From Candidatus Gottesmanbacteria bacterium RIFCSPHIGHO2_02_FULL_40_13 (GTDB taxonomy: Bacteria > Patescibacteriota > Microgenomatia > 2-02-FULL-39-11), in NCBI GenBank assembly GCA_001779235.1, contig MFJN01000009.1, positions 1 to 40,368 of the forward strand: a stretch of DNA of 40,368 nt, written 5' to 3'. Numbering within the stretch: the first letter of the stretch is position 1; every line of letters begins with the position of its first letter. A model generated the notes under the pieces. It saw nothing but the letters and a program-made list of their open reading frames with translations, was not told the origin of the DNA and did no database searches. Shown here in pieces: positions 1-9,520 of the stretch. The position numbers and the translations under genes were made by a program.

Positions 1-179
1 ATATCGCAGATGAAGCATTTTTAACCGGAACCGGAGCTCAGGTCGCTTGGATTGCTGAGGTTGACGGCAGGGTGATCAGTTCAAAAATAGGTACGATAAC
101 CGAAAAAATCAAGAAATTATTTTTTGATATCGTACGGGAAAAAGAGAAAAAATACTCCGGTTGGCTGACGAGGATATAG
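1..179 (+). CDS. ilvE: Branched-chain amino acid aminotransferase, C-terminal part (runs off window start)
   Basis: Manual translation of frame 3 gives IADEAFLTGTGAQVAWIAEVDGRVI...GTITEKIKKLFFDIVR...WLTRI*, containing the class IV aminotransferase ADEAFxTGT motif. TAG at 177-179. Confidence 0.88.
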   Translation, partial: IADEAFLTGTGAQVAWIAEVDGRVISSKIGTITEKIKKLFFDIVREKEKKYSGWLTRI

Positions 180-323
180 ATAGATAAAAGTATTATAAGT
201 TTTTTCCCTAAATCTACTAACTACAGTTAATAACAAACTGAAGACTTTATTTGATACCACTCAATTTCCTATAAATCTCCACGATATATTATCTACAATT
301 TATCACTTAATAATTACTATAGG

Positions 324-351
324 TTGTAAAATAATATTATTTTGTTATAAT
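324..351 (+). promoter_or_regulatory. Putative sigma70 promoter for the 362-4717 cassette, with an AT palindrome in the spacer
   Basis: TTGTAA (324-329), 16-nt spacer, TGnTATAAT (343-351), 10 nt before ATG 362. AAAATAATATTATTTT (328-343) is a perfect palindrome. Confidence 0.5.
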
Positions 352-361
352 ATCCTCCATC

Positions 362-3300
362 ATGAGTAGATTTGAAGTAGCTGCATCTATTGGCTCATTA
401 TGGCATAATGAACAACCTACAGTGATTCTGTTGCTTCGGCAAGTCATAAGCGAGCAGTTAGTACTTTCCGAGCCAGTTCATGATCTATTATCACATTCTC
501 TACATGTTCGTAACTTAGCCAACGCGGTATCTATCAGGATAAATGAAAGATTTCCTCATATGGTAGACTCTGATTTAGTGGCCTCATCTGCTGTAATTCA
601 TGATTGGGGAAAATTAAAACATCAACCCACGATCAATAGACCTTATTCACATTACATCAGAACGCAACTAGATACTGCTTTGGCAGGCTTTCCAGCTATA
701 GGATCAATAGCCGGACGTCATAATTTTGGGGCGCTTCTTCGCGATGACCCGCTTCTTTTGGAACAAATGATTATAATTTATGCCGATATTCGGGCACGAA
801 GTGAGACAGTTGAAGGCGTTGTCTGCCGTCGCTATAAAACTTTAGAAAATTCATTACCCGAAATAGCTGAAAAATTGCGTGAAAGCGGTAAATATACTAA
901 AGATGATATTTTAAAAGGAAATAAAAGACTGGTTGAATTTGAAGCCATACTACGTAAGAACAATATAAATATCGATGATTTATCGGAAATACCGGACGGG
1001 CTTACTCCTAATACTAGACAATATTATAATCCATCACCTGCTTCATCCTCAGTACCTATTTATAAGACAAGCAAAGAAGAGTCCGATCAATTTCTGGCAG
1101 ACTTGCACCAATTAGACATTCTTACCTTATCAGATGAAGTATGTGCAAAATCTAATTTTATAAGATCAACCATTAAGGGAATTATTTCTGGGGATGAAAA
1201 AGCTTCAACGAGACTGGCTTTAATCGATCCATCACGTATTCCACAGTGGATAAATTTATTACGCATAAAAAACCAAAATAGAATATTAAAAGAGACAACA
1301 GAGCATCCAGATCAAAATTTTTCACTAATTTCAAATCCTAAGGTATTACATGCCGCACGCGTGAATCATATACGAGTGCTAAGAGAGGTATTTTTCCTTT
1401 CAGAAGAACCTGATTTCAGAAAAAGAATATTATCGGCAATAAGCTCATTATTCATGGGAAATGAGATTCAGGAAGATGATGTAGCATTTCACGCTGCTAA
1501 AGCCTATGGAGAAATGGTAGGAGATATGAAAGATGAGGATCGATCTTCATATTTAGAACAATTGTGGGAAGAATATAACCTAGACAAGGAATGTTCTTAT
1601 GCTCCAACAGCTCTTGAGCAATTGGCAAAACGACGTGAAGACCACGCAAAAGAATTATATAGAAGGATGTCTACCGATTTGCTTCATACTATGGGTTCGC
1701 GGGCAGTTAGTCTTTTTTCCCAAACGTTATTAAAAATAGGCGATGTGGATTTAGTAAAAGAGGTCGCCTCAAGAAGTCGGGGAGATGATGTATTAACAAA
1801 TGCCCGAGAATCAATCCGGTATGCCCAGTTACTAATTCCTCTTTTGCATGCCTCAGATATTAGGATACGAGTTGAGGCTATATCCGGTCTGGTTAACTTA
1901 CATCAGAGAACATCAAATTTATCTTTAAAACTATATATAGAAGGTTTAATTGATTTAAATCGTGTTCACAGTGTAGAACATCATAGAGAGGTTTTGGCAG
2001 CTTTAAAAGTATGTGAAGACCCTTTGGAAAAAATTGCTTTATGTCAGGTGATTGGAAAAATTTCATACGGAGAACACTCTGAATTATTACAGTCTGCGGC
2101 CGATACTTTGCTAAAAATATTAGATGAAGATATGGATAACGACGTAAAATTACAAGCTTTAATTGCGCTGGGAAGAGATGGACTTACTAGATATTTAAGC
2201 GTGGAGCAGGCATCTAAGGTTTTGGACAGCTTATGGAGGATATTCTATTTTAATCAGCAAGCCCGGAAAGTGATGCCGTATTTTATTGCAGGAATATACG
2301 CCAGTAGAAAAGATTTACCTCACATGGGTAAAGATTTGAGTAATCTAATGGAAATTGTCAGTAATGAAAATCATCCGGATAGGCAATTTCAATACGAGGC
2401 TGCAAGAGTATTTATAGGTTTGGTTGGAGCCATAGATGATGATAACGATGAAAGAATAAGATTTGCTCAGCAGGGAATACTGCAAACTCAAAATATTTCC
2501 CCGCAATTGTTTGAATTAGTATTTCAAAAGTACGTAACCAGAGTATCCAGAACTTCCCGTTTAACCACAGAGCAAAAGGCTAAAAGAATAGCAGGGAGTA
2601 TGGTCAGAAAATATATGTCTTCAGTTCAGGGTGATATGACTTCAAGATATATAACATATGATAATTTACATTCCAGCATGGTGCTGCCGGCAGGAAAATC
2701 GACCGATGTGGTGGTATTTTCTGGTACTTTTGACCCAGTACATAATGGTTCAGAGGTGGCGGCGGAAGTAGTCTCTCAGTTGGTCGGAGATGTATTTATG
2801 CAGGCAGACGATGGTAATCCAAGCAAAAATCCAAAAGCAAGAGAAATAAGAAATCAAATAATTACCAAAGCCATCGCTGACCAGCCGGGGGTATATTTGT
2901 GGAACGAGCCGCACCCTTTTGTTTACCGCAAACCTGAAGAATATGCTGAACTAAGAAGAGTTTTTAAAGATAGGACAGTATGGTTGCAGGTCGGCGAGGA
3001 TAGATTGAGACAAAGTTCATTCTACGAGGATTTCAAGAATTATGTATATCTAGTACCACATGTTGTGACAATTAGGGAAGCAAATTTTCCATCCTGTCAG
3101 TTAGAATTTAGAGACGGCATAATTGTCGGGGAGGTAGATGACAATTTACTTACGTATTTACAGACAAAACCTGATTTTATGGCAAAAATAGCCCGTTTTC
3201 ATAGAATAAAAGTAATTGGAGTACCCACAAACTTCAGTTCCACTGAAATTAAAAACCAAATACAAAGAGGAGTCTTGCGGAATGTGGATCCGTCAACAAG

Positions 3301-3613
3301 GAGGGTTATTGCACAAGTTTATGCCGATGAATCGATAGCCGATCATATCGAGCAAAGAAGGGTGATAACAGACGCCGGGGAGTTTGACAGACGACGCCAG
3401 GATGATGAATTATGGTTAATGCCTGAGGAACAAGTAGATAATTTACTCACTCAATTACCATCGATTGCAGATATACCGCCAAGAGATAAACTTTTTGTAT
3501 ATTATGATCCCATAACCGGGTATGGTTATTTATGTTATTTAAAATCCTTATCTCATAAGACTGAGAGGATAATTCAAGTTTTTAATATTAACTCAACAAG
3601 TTTGGAAGGATAA
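362..3613 (+). CDS. Large multidomain protein: N-terminal HD phosphohydrolase, central HEAT/ARM-like helical region, C-terminal cytidylyltransferase-like (HxGH, NadD-like) nucleotidyltransferase
   Basis: HSLHV...AVIHDWGK...H...IYAD gives the HD pattern. Helical repeats such as DIRIRVEAISGL and NDVKLQALIALG. VVVFSGTFDPVHNGS, VGED and FSSTEIK are NTase motifs. Confidence 0.75.
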   Translation: MSRFEVAASIGSLWHNEQPTVILLLRQVISEQLVLSEPVHDLLSHSLHVRNLANAVSIRINERFPHMVDSDLVASSAVIHDWGKLKHQPTINRPYSHYIRTQLDTALAGFPAIGSIAGRHNFGALLRDDPLLLEQMIIIYADIRARSETVEGVVCRRYKTLENSLPEIAEKLRESGKYTKDDILKGNKRLVEFEAILRKNNINIDDLSEIPDGLTPNTRQYYNPSPASSSVPIYKTSKEESDQFLADLHQLDILTLSDEVCAKSNFIRSTIKGIISGDEKASTRLALIDPSRIPQWINLLRIKNQNRILKETTEHPDQNFSLISNPKVLHAARVNHIRVLREVFFLSEEPDFRKRILSAISSLFMGNEIQEDDVAFHAAKAYGEMVGDMKDEDRSSYLEQLWEEYNLDKECSYAPTALEQLAKRREDHAKELYRRMSTDLLHTMGSRAVSLFSQTLLKIGDVDLVKEVASRSRGDDVLTNARESIRYAQLLIPLLHASDIRIRVEAISGLVNLHQRTSNLSLKLYIEGLIDLNRVHSVEHHREVLAALKVCEDPLEKIALCQVIGKISYGEHSELLQSAADTLLKILDEDMDNDVKLQALIALGRDGLTRYLSVEQASKVLDSLWRIFYFNQQARKVMPYFIAGIYASRKDLPHMGKDLSNLMEIVSNENHPDRQFQYEAARVFIGLVGAIDDDNDERIRFAQQGILQTQNISPQLFELVFQKYVTRVSRTSRLTTEQKAKRIAGSMVRKYMSSVQGDMTSRYITYDNLHSSMVLPAGKSTDVVVFSGTFDPVHNGSEVAAEVVSQLVGDVFMQADDGNPSKNPKAREIRNQIITKAIADQPGVYLWNEPHPFVYRKPEEYAELRRVFKDRTVWLQVGEDRLRQSSFYEDFKNYVYLVPHVVTIREANFPSCQLEFRDGIIVGEVDDNLLTYLQTKPDFMAKIARFHRIKVIGVPTNFSSTEIKNQIQRGVLRNVDPSTRRVIAQVYADESIADHIEQRRVITDAGEFDRRRQDDELWLMPEEQVDNLLTQLPSIADIPPRDKLFVYYDPITGYGYLCYLKSLSHKTERIIQVFNINSTSLEG

Positions 3614-3619
3614 AAATTT

Positions 3620-4717
3620 ATGTCCAATTTAATTGAACAAGGATGGCCTAAACCAATACTAGACAAAAATAAATTAGACCGAAAAGCTCGAATTGCAATT
3701 CGTGGCGCATTCGGGCAACTGGGAACCAGACTAATTGGAGCCTTGGGAAAACAACTGGATCTTGAAGCTACGATTGGACTGGTAAGAAGAGATCCTACAG
3801 TGGAACTGAGAGGATTTGCCGCAGTCGAAGGACATCCGGATTTACAATTATTTACCACCGATGAAAGCGAATTGGGAGCATTAAAAGATTTAGGTTTCAA
3901 TGTTGGTTTATGGACAAATGATCACTTTAGGGATGTTGATTTAATGATTGACACCACACCGCCCGGAAAAGGAGCTGATTTTGCCTATCGGTCAAGAGAA
4001 AATAATAAACCAATTATCGTGCAGTCAGGCGAAAGAGGTTTTGGCAGATTAGTTTCACCTCCTCTCATAGCCGGAGGCGAGGGGATAATTTTTGAGGCAG
4101 GAGACTGCAACGTCAATGCAATTAGTGTGGTTGGAAGTGCATTAAGTGGGATTTTAACAAGAGTCGGGGTAAATATATTAATGCAGCACGGAAGATTTTT
4201 TCACGGAAGGCTCAGAGATGAACCGGTAATATCAACATATTTTGTTTCCGGAAAACCTACCCAAGAACATTTACAACACTTGTTTCCTATTTTAGATCTT
4301 ACCGTAGGAAACATAAGCCAAGTTCCTTCTCTAAGGTATTATACTCATAACTTTGTCATGGAAACTGCGGATCTTGTAGATGCGGGTGAAGTGAGAGATC
4401 TTTTAGACAAACATCCAAGAATCAGATGTCTTCCGCATGCAACTTCAACTTACGACGTGCGGGAGTATGATAATATACTCCGTGCAGCCGGAGGCGCGAG
4501 ATTACCGCCAATTGTACCTATAATAGTTCAGGGAGGCACACCTTTTCAAAAATCTAAAACTGTTGAAATGATAGTTACAATTGATTCCAGAAGAATTACA
4601 GTTTTACCAAACATAGATGCAGCGCGAACTCTTTTATGGGGAGTAGAACCTATAGAATCAATGAGAATAACTGATGAAACTATGCACTTTGTTAAACCAC
4701 CCGATGAAATTAAGTAA
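3620..4717 (+). CDS. Divergent type II (archaeal-like) glyceraldehyde-3-phosphate dehydrogenase-family protein
   Basis: Rossmann IAIRGAFGQLG, then IDTTPPGKG, IIVQSGE, catalytic-position DCN (C163), QVP...TH, HPRI and VLPNIDAAR...ESMRITD, collinear with archaeal GAPDH. GGAAGGA RBS overlaps the upstream stop. Confidence 0.72.
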   Translation: MSNLIEQGWPKPILDKNKLDRKARIAIRGAFGQLGTRLIGALGKQLDLEATIGLVRRDPTVELRGFAAVEGHPDLQLFTTDESELGALKDLGFNVGLWTNDHFRDVDLMIDTTPPGKGADFAYRSRENNKPIIVQSGERGFGRLVSPPLIAGGEGIIFEAGDCNVNAISVVGSALSGILTRVGVNILMQHGRFFHGRLRDEPVISTYFVSGKPTQEHLQHLFPILDLTVGNISQVPSLRYYTHNFVMETADLVDAGEVRDLLDKHPRIRCLPHATSTYDVREYDNILRAAGGARLPPIVPIIVQGGTPFQKSKTVEMIVTIDSRRITVLPNIDAARTLLWGVEPIESMRITDETMHFVKPPDEIK

Positions 4718-4796
4718 TTTTAATTTTTATTCCCGGGCTGATGGTAGAATAAAGAATAATATATTTCGCTTAGAAATGAATTTCTTGTAATATTAA

Positions 4797-5873
4797 CTAC
4801 TTGCAATTCGAAAGAATAACTTCACCCATTTCCTTTGTCCCTAATATATTTTTCTTTTCCGTTAAGATTGTCGCAATATCTCTGGTTCTCCATCCCTCAT
4901 TAAGCGTGTCTGTCACCGCGTTGCAAATACTAACCCATTCTTTTGAGAGATGGAAACTATACTTGAGCATCATTTCCACTGAAAGAATAGCGGCAATGGG
5001 GTTTGCAATATTTTTTCCTGCTGCTTTTGGATATGAACCATGGATCGGTTCGTATAGCGCAACGCCTGAGCCGATCGATGCGGAAGGTAACATTCCTAAT
5101 GATCCTACTAAAACCGAGGCCTCATCGGTCAAAATATCGCCAAACATATTTTCAGTCAGAATGACATCAAATTGAGATGGGTTTTTGATAATCTGCATTG
5201 CAGCATTATCGACAAACAGATGATTTAATTCGATAGATGGATATTTCCGGGATATTTCCGTGACAGTTTCACGCCAGAGCCGTGAGGTTTCCAGAACATT
5301 GGCTTTATCAACAGAGGTAACTTTACCTCTTCTTGTTAAAGCCATCTCAAAGGCAACCTTGGCAACTCTGGTGATTTCATCTTTGGAGTAAATGGAAGTA
5401 TCGACAGCAGTGTTTCCTTTATTATATCTCAGTCTTGGTTTGCCAAAATAAATTCCTCCGGTTAATTCCCTAACGATTATTAAATCAACATTTACTAATC
5501 TTTCTTTCTTCAGCGGAGAAATGTTTATTAAATCCTTGTAAATTTTGACTGGGCGAAGATTTGTAAAAAGTTTTAATGATTGACGCAGTTTAAGCAAGCC
5601 CTGCTCCGGTCTGATTTTTGCTTTTGGGTCTAAATCGTATCTCGAATCGCCAATTGCTCCAAAGAGAATCGCATCGGCACTCTGACAAAGTTTCAAAGTT
5701 TCATCCGGCAGAGGACTTCCGGTTTTATCAATGGCTGTTGCGCCGATAAGTCCATATTTTAATGTAAAAACATGATGGAATTTTTCGGCAATTTTATTAA
5801 GTACATTGACAGCTTGTTCGATTACTTCCGGCCCAATTCCGTCACCTGGAAGAACTGCTATAGATTTTTTCAT
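4797..5873 (-). CDS. leuB: 3-isopropylmalate dehydrogenase
   Basis: IAVLPGDGIGPEV, VDKANVLETSRLWR, NMFGDILTDEAS, EPIHGS. Confidence 0.97.
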   Translation of the reverse strand: MKKSIAVLPGDGIGPEVIEQAVNVLNKIAEKFHHVFTLKYGLIGATAIDKTGSPLPDETLKLCQSADAILFGAIGDSRYDLDPKAKIRPEQGLLKLRQSLKLFTNLRPVKIYKDLINISPLKKERLVNVDLIIVRELTGGIYFGKPRLRYNKGNTAVDTSIYSKDEITRVAKVAFEMALTRRGKVTSVDKANVLETSRLWRETVTEISRKYPSIELNHLFVDNAAMQIIKNPSQFDVILTENMFGDILTDEASVLVGSLGMLPSASIGSGVALYEPIHGSYPKAAGKNIANPIAAILSVEMMLKYSFHLSKEWVSICNAVTDTLNEGWRTRDIATILTEKKNILGTKEMGEVILSNCK

Positions 5874-5879
5874 ATATTT

Positions 5880-6013
5880 ACCCCAGCACCAGAATGCCCC
5901 GGACGTAAGTCCGCGGGATGAATGGTTTTCAAGCGGGCATTCGGTGCGGGGTTTCGCGCTCCGAATGACCGAAAGGACTGATGCCCCGACCGTAAGGTCG
6001 GGGAGCTCTTCAC
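5880..6013. repeat. Composite GC-rich palindromic element (REP/MITE-like) in the leuD-leuB spacer
   Basis: Outer imperfect inverted repeat ACCCCAGCACCAGAATGCCC...GGGCATTCGGTGCGGGGT encloses CGGACGTAAGTCCG. A second hairpin CCCCGACCGTAAGGTCGGGG is followed by ...TTCAC. Confidence 0.65.
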
Positions 6014-6038
6014 GATTCTGGGTCGTAAAGCAAAAGTC

Positions 6039-6686
6039 TTAAAACCCAACAGAATTTAGCTCGAGCATATTGTTGTTGGGTTCGGAATTAATAAATATGA
6101 ATAGCTTATGGTGATTTTCAAATTTTTTTATTTTTTCTTTATGAGCAAAAATATAGCTTAACTCATCAATTCCCTTAAGCAAACACATTTTTCTAAATGG
6201 ATCGATAGAAAAGATAAAGCATTTTTTTTGGGCTACATATACCTTTTGTCTGTCTAAATTAATCCTGATCTTTGTATCATGATTCCGTTCAATGATTTTT
6301 AAAAGTATTTCTAACTCATCGGATTTTATAATTACTGGTAATAATCCATTCTTAAGGGCATTATTATAGAAAATATCACCAAAAGAAGAAGAAATTATCA
6401 CTTTAAAACCAAAATCTTGCAAAGCCCACACTGCGTGTTCACGGCTTGATCCGCAACCGAAATTATTTCCGGCAATTAATATTTGAACTAGAGTTTGTTG
6501 AGAATAATTAAAGATACTATTTTTCTTTTTTTTGTCTTTATTATTTCGCCAATTATAAAAAAGATATTTACCCAATCCGTTTTTTTTAGTGGTTTTTAAA
6601 AATTGAGCCGGAATTATCTGATCAGTATCGACATTTTCAGATTTTATCAGTAAACAGGTTGAATTAAGCCGTGTAAATTTATTCAT
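6039..6686 (-). CDS. leuD: 3-isopropylmalate dehydratase small subunit
   Basis: NVDTDQIIPAQFLK, NFGCGSSREHAVWAL, SFGDIFYNN. Start moved to the ATG at 6686 (MNKF), which follows a GGAAGGA RBS. Confidence 0.95.
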   Translation of the reverse strand: MNKFTRLNSTCLLIKSENVDTDQIIPAQFLKTTKKNGLGKYLFYNWRNNKDKKKKNSIFNYSQQTLVQILIAGNNFGCGSSREHAVWALQDFGFKVIISSSFGDIFYNNALKNGLLPVIIKSDELEILLKIIERNHDTKIRINLDRQKVYVAQKKCFIFSIDPFRKMCLLKGIDELSYIFAHKEKIKKFENHHKLFIFINSEPNNNMLELNSVGF

Positions 6687-6741
6687 ATTAGATATCCTTC
6701 CAAAATTCAGCTCCAGCATGATTTTAGAAGGAGTTTAATAA

Positions 6742-8142
6742 TTATAAAAACTTTCTGACATCGGCAATTTTTCCCTCAATTGCACAAGCTGCAGCCGTGA
6801 TGGGACTGGCAAGAAATGTTCGTGCACCGGGTCCCTGTCTGCCTTCATAGTTTCGATTGCTTGTTGAGATGCAGTATTTTCCAGACGGAATTTTGTCTTC
6901 ATTCATGGCAATGCATGCCGAACAACCAGACCAACGCCACTGAAATCCGGCTTCAATAAAAATTTTGTTCAGACCTTCTTTTTCTGCCTGAAATTTCACC
7001 TGTCTTGATCCGGGGACAACTATTGCCACAACATTTCCGGATACCTTTTTTCCTTTCACAATTGCGGCGGCTTGACGCAGATCTGAGATTCTGGCATTAG
7101 TACAGCTGCCGATAAAAATATAATCTACGGAAAACCCTTCCAGAGTCCTGCCGGGTTTCAAATTCATATAAGCTAACGCTTTTTCCCGTGACATTTTTTC
7201 CTCCGGAGTTTGTGCCGTTTCAGGAGAAGGAATTTTTTCCGAAATTTTAATACCGGTCGACGGATCAGTACCCCAAGTAACTAATGGTTCAATATTATTT
7301 CCGTTAATTATTACTGATTTATCAAACTGAGCATTTTCGTCGGTTTTCAAAGTCTGCCAATAATTAATTGCTTCGTTCCACTTATTTCCCTTTGGAGTAA
7401 ATTGTCTGCCTTTCAAATATGCAAAAGTTGTCCGGTCAGGGGCGACCATTCCACATCTGGCTCCCGCTTCAATACTCATATTACAAATTGTCATTCTTTC
7501 TTCCATATTCATTTTTCTTATTAACGATCCGGAATATTCTATGGCAAATCCGGTGCCACCCTTGGTCCCTATTTTTGTTAAGACTGTTAGAATTACGTCT
7601 TTGGTGGTTACCCCTTTTCCTAATTTTCCATCTATATTAATTTCCATAGTTTTCATGGGATTTTGCAGTAAGCATTGGGAAGCAAGTACATGTTCAATTT
7701 CAGTTGTCCCGATACCAAAAGCAAGACAGCCAAATGCACCATGAGTTGAAGTATGGGAGTCACCGCAGACGATGGTCATACCCGGTTGTGTAATACCGAG
7801 TTCCGGTCCGATTACATGAACGATTCCCTGATAGGAACTATCCAAACCGTAAAGTCTAATCCCAAAATCACGGCAATTTTTTACCAGAGTATCGATTTGC
7901 ATACCCGATAATTTATCTCTAATTTCATTTTGATTAATTGTAGAAACATTGTGATCGCAAGCGGCAAAAGTTCTCTCAGGACAGCGAACCTTTAATTTTT
8001 TCTTCCGCAAATTATAAAAAGCCTGAGGCGATGTCACTTCATGAACATAATGGACATCTAAATATAATAAGGAAGGAGAATTTTTTCTCCGGAAGACCAT
8101 ATGGTTACCCCAAATTTTTTCAAAAAGTGTTTTGGCTTTCAT
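6742..8142 (-). CDS. leuC: 3-isopropylmalate dehydratase large subunit
   Basis: [51 protein letters not shown]. Confidence 0.98.
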   Translation of the reverse strand: MKAKTLFEKIWGNHMVFRRKNSPSLLYLDVHYVHEVTSPQAFYNLRKKKLKVRCPERTFAACDHNVSTINQNEIRDKLSGMQIDTLVKNCRDFGIRLYGLDSSYQGIVHVIGPELGITQPGMTIVCGDSHTSTHGAFGCLAFGIGTTEIEHVLASQCLLQNPMKTMEINIDGKLGKGVTTKDVILTVLTKIGTKGGTGFAIEYSGSLIRKMNMEERMTICNMSIEAGARCGMVAPDRTTFAYLKGRQFTPKGNKWNEAINYWQTLKTDENAQFDKSVIINGNNIEPLVTWGTDPSTGIKISEKIPSPETAQTPEEKMSREKALAYMNLKPGRTLEGFSVDYIFIGSCTNARISDLRQAAAIVKGKKVSGNVVAIVVPGSRQVKFQAEKEGLNKIFIEAGFQWRWSGCSACIAMNEDKIPSGKYCISTSNRNYEGRQGPGARTFLASPITAAACAIEGKIADVRKFL

Positions 8143-9326
8143 AAGGAAGAAATTTTATTTATTAAGGTATGATCATTATTAAATCCAATCAGAACTTTCA
8201 AATCATCATCGTTAACTTCTTTTTTCAGGTCTGCAAAATTTAAAAATTCTTTATAAAAAATGTCCAGTTTGTTTTTTGTCAAATCAACCCCCAAATTATT
8301 TAACCTGTGTTTTAGCGCTGCTCTTCCGCTTCTGGCTGTCAAAACAATTTTAGATGTATCCAGTCCGATGACTTTAGGGTCAATTATTTCGTAATTTTCC
8401 CGTCTTTTGATCACACCGTCCTGATGAATTCCTGAAGAATGAGCGAAGGCGTTCCCTCCGACAATTGCTTTATTCGGCTGCACCGGAATTCCCATGATTT
8501 CTGAGACCATCCGGCTGGTTTTATAAATTTCAAGCGTGTTTACTTGAGTATAAAAGGGCAAAGAATTGGCATAGGTATGGATGGCCATAACAACTTCTTC
8601 CAGAGAAGTGTTGCCGGCTCTTTCACCGATTCCATTAATGGTGACCTCGACCTGTTGAGCTCCGTTCATGATTCCTTGAATGGTATTTGCTGTTGCCAAA
8701 CCAAGATCGTTATGACAATGTACAGAGACACGTGCTTTGTGGATGTTGGGGACATTCTCAAATAAATACTTTATTTTTACGCCCCAGTCTTCCGGTAAAC
8801 AGTAACCGGTGGTATCCGGTATATTTACCACAGTCGCACCTGCTTTTATCGCTTCTGTAATCATTAAGACCAGAAATTGCTTATCGGCTCGTCCTGCATC
8901 TTCGGCATAAAATTCAACATCGTCAACATATTTCTTGGCGTATTTTACTGCGTTTACTGCCCTTTTTAAGATTTTTTCCCGGGTGGAATTAAATTTATAT
9001 TTTATGTGTATGTCCGATGCTCCGATTCCTGTATGAATTCTAGGGTATTTAGCGTGTTTTATAGCCTCATATGCGCAATCAATATCCCGTTTTAGAGCGC
9101 GGGTAAGTCCGCAAACAATACAGTTTTTTACTGTGCTTGCCACTTTTTCGACTGATTTAAAATCTCCCGGTGATGAAATCGGGAAACCGGCTTCTATAAC
9201 ATCCACGCCAAGTTTTTCCAGTTGTTTGGCCAATTCTACTTTCTGATCAGTATTTAGTTTTGCTCCGGGTGATTGTTCACCATCCCGCAAAGTGGTATCA
9301 AAGATGTGTATTCTTTTTTTAGACAT
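8139..9326 (-). CDS. leuA: 2-isopropylmalate synthase, short form lacking the C-terminal regulatory domain
   Basis: [39 protein letters not shown]. Only 395 aa. Confidence 0.95.
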   Translation of the reverse strand: MSKKRIHIFDTTLRDGEQSPGAKLNTDQKVELAKQLEKLGVDVIEAGFPISSPGDFKSVEKVASTVKNCIVCGLTRALKRDIDCAYEAIKHAKYPRIHTGIGASDIHIKYKFNSTREKILKRAVNAVKYAKKYVDDVEFYAEDAGRADKQFLVLMITEAIKAGATVVNIPDTTGYCLPEDWGVKIKYLFENVPNIHKARVSVHCHNDLGLATANTIQGIMNGAQQVEVTINGIGERAGNTSLEEVVMAIHTYANSLPFYTQVNTLEIYKTSRMVSEIMGIPVQPNKAIVGGNAFAHSSGIHQDGVIKRRENYEIIDPKVIGLDTSKIVLTARSGRAALKHRLNNLGVDLTKNKLDIFYKEFLNFADLKKEVNDDDLKVLIGFNNDHTLINKISSL

Positions 9327-9336
9327 ATTGACTTGA

Positions 9337-9460
9337 TCCTCCTTCGCTCAAATTCATCTCGTGGTTTACATCCACGCAGACGAAATTTCGCTTCGGCGGA
9401 TTATGCATCTCTACGCCTTTCCTTCGTCGCTTTGCTCCTCAGGATCGGTTAGAGCTGCAT
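9337..9460. repeat. Two adjacent palindromic repeat modules between the attenuator and leuA
   Basis: TCCTCCTTCGCT...GCTTCGGCGGA has ends similar to the gltX insert. ATGCATCTCTA...TAGAGCTGCAT encloses TTCGTCGCTTTGCTCCTCAGGA, which resembles the right arm of the copA insert. Confidence 0.55.
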
Positions 9461-9490
9461 AAAAAAATCTCTCTTGGTTCAAGAGAGATT
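9461..9490 (-). terminator. Rho-independent attenuator terminator of the leu operon
   Basis: On the minus strand AATCTCTCTT-GAACC-AAGAGAGATT forms a perfect 10-bp stem running into a T-run. Confidence 0.85.
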
Positions 9491-9520
9491 ATTGGTTAAT
9501 TTGTTAATTGGATTATTGGT

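Noticed and set aside
362..3613. Calling the large protein nadD, Cas3/Cas10 or RelA/SpoT
   Set aside because: No helicase, GGDD palm or RelA synthetase motifs are visible, and its size and altered HxGH do not fit a simple NadD.
5806..6042. 78-aa ORF across the leuB start
   Set aside because: It is made of palindromic repeat DNA plus leuB antisense.
6687..6719. MLELNFGRISN extension of LeuD
   Set aside because: It derives from the hairpin element, and the RBS supports the start at 6686.
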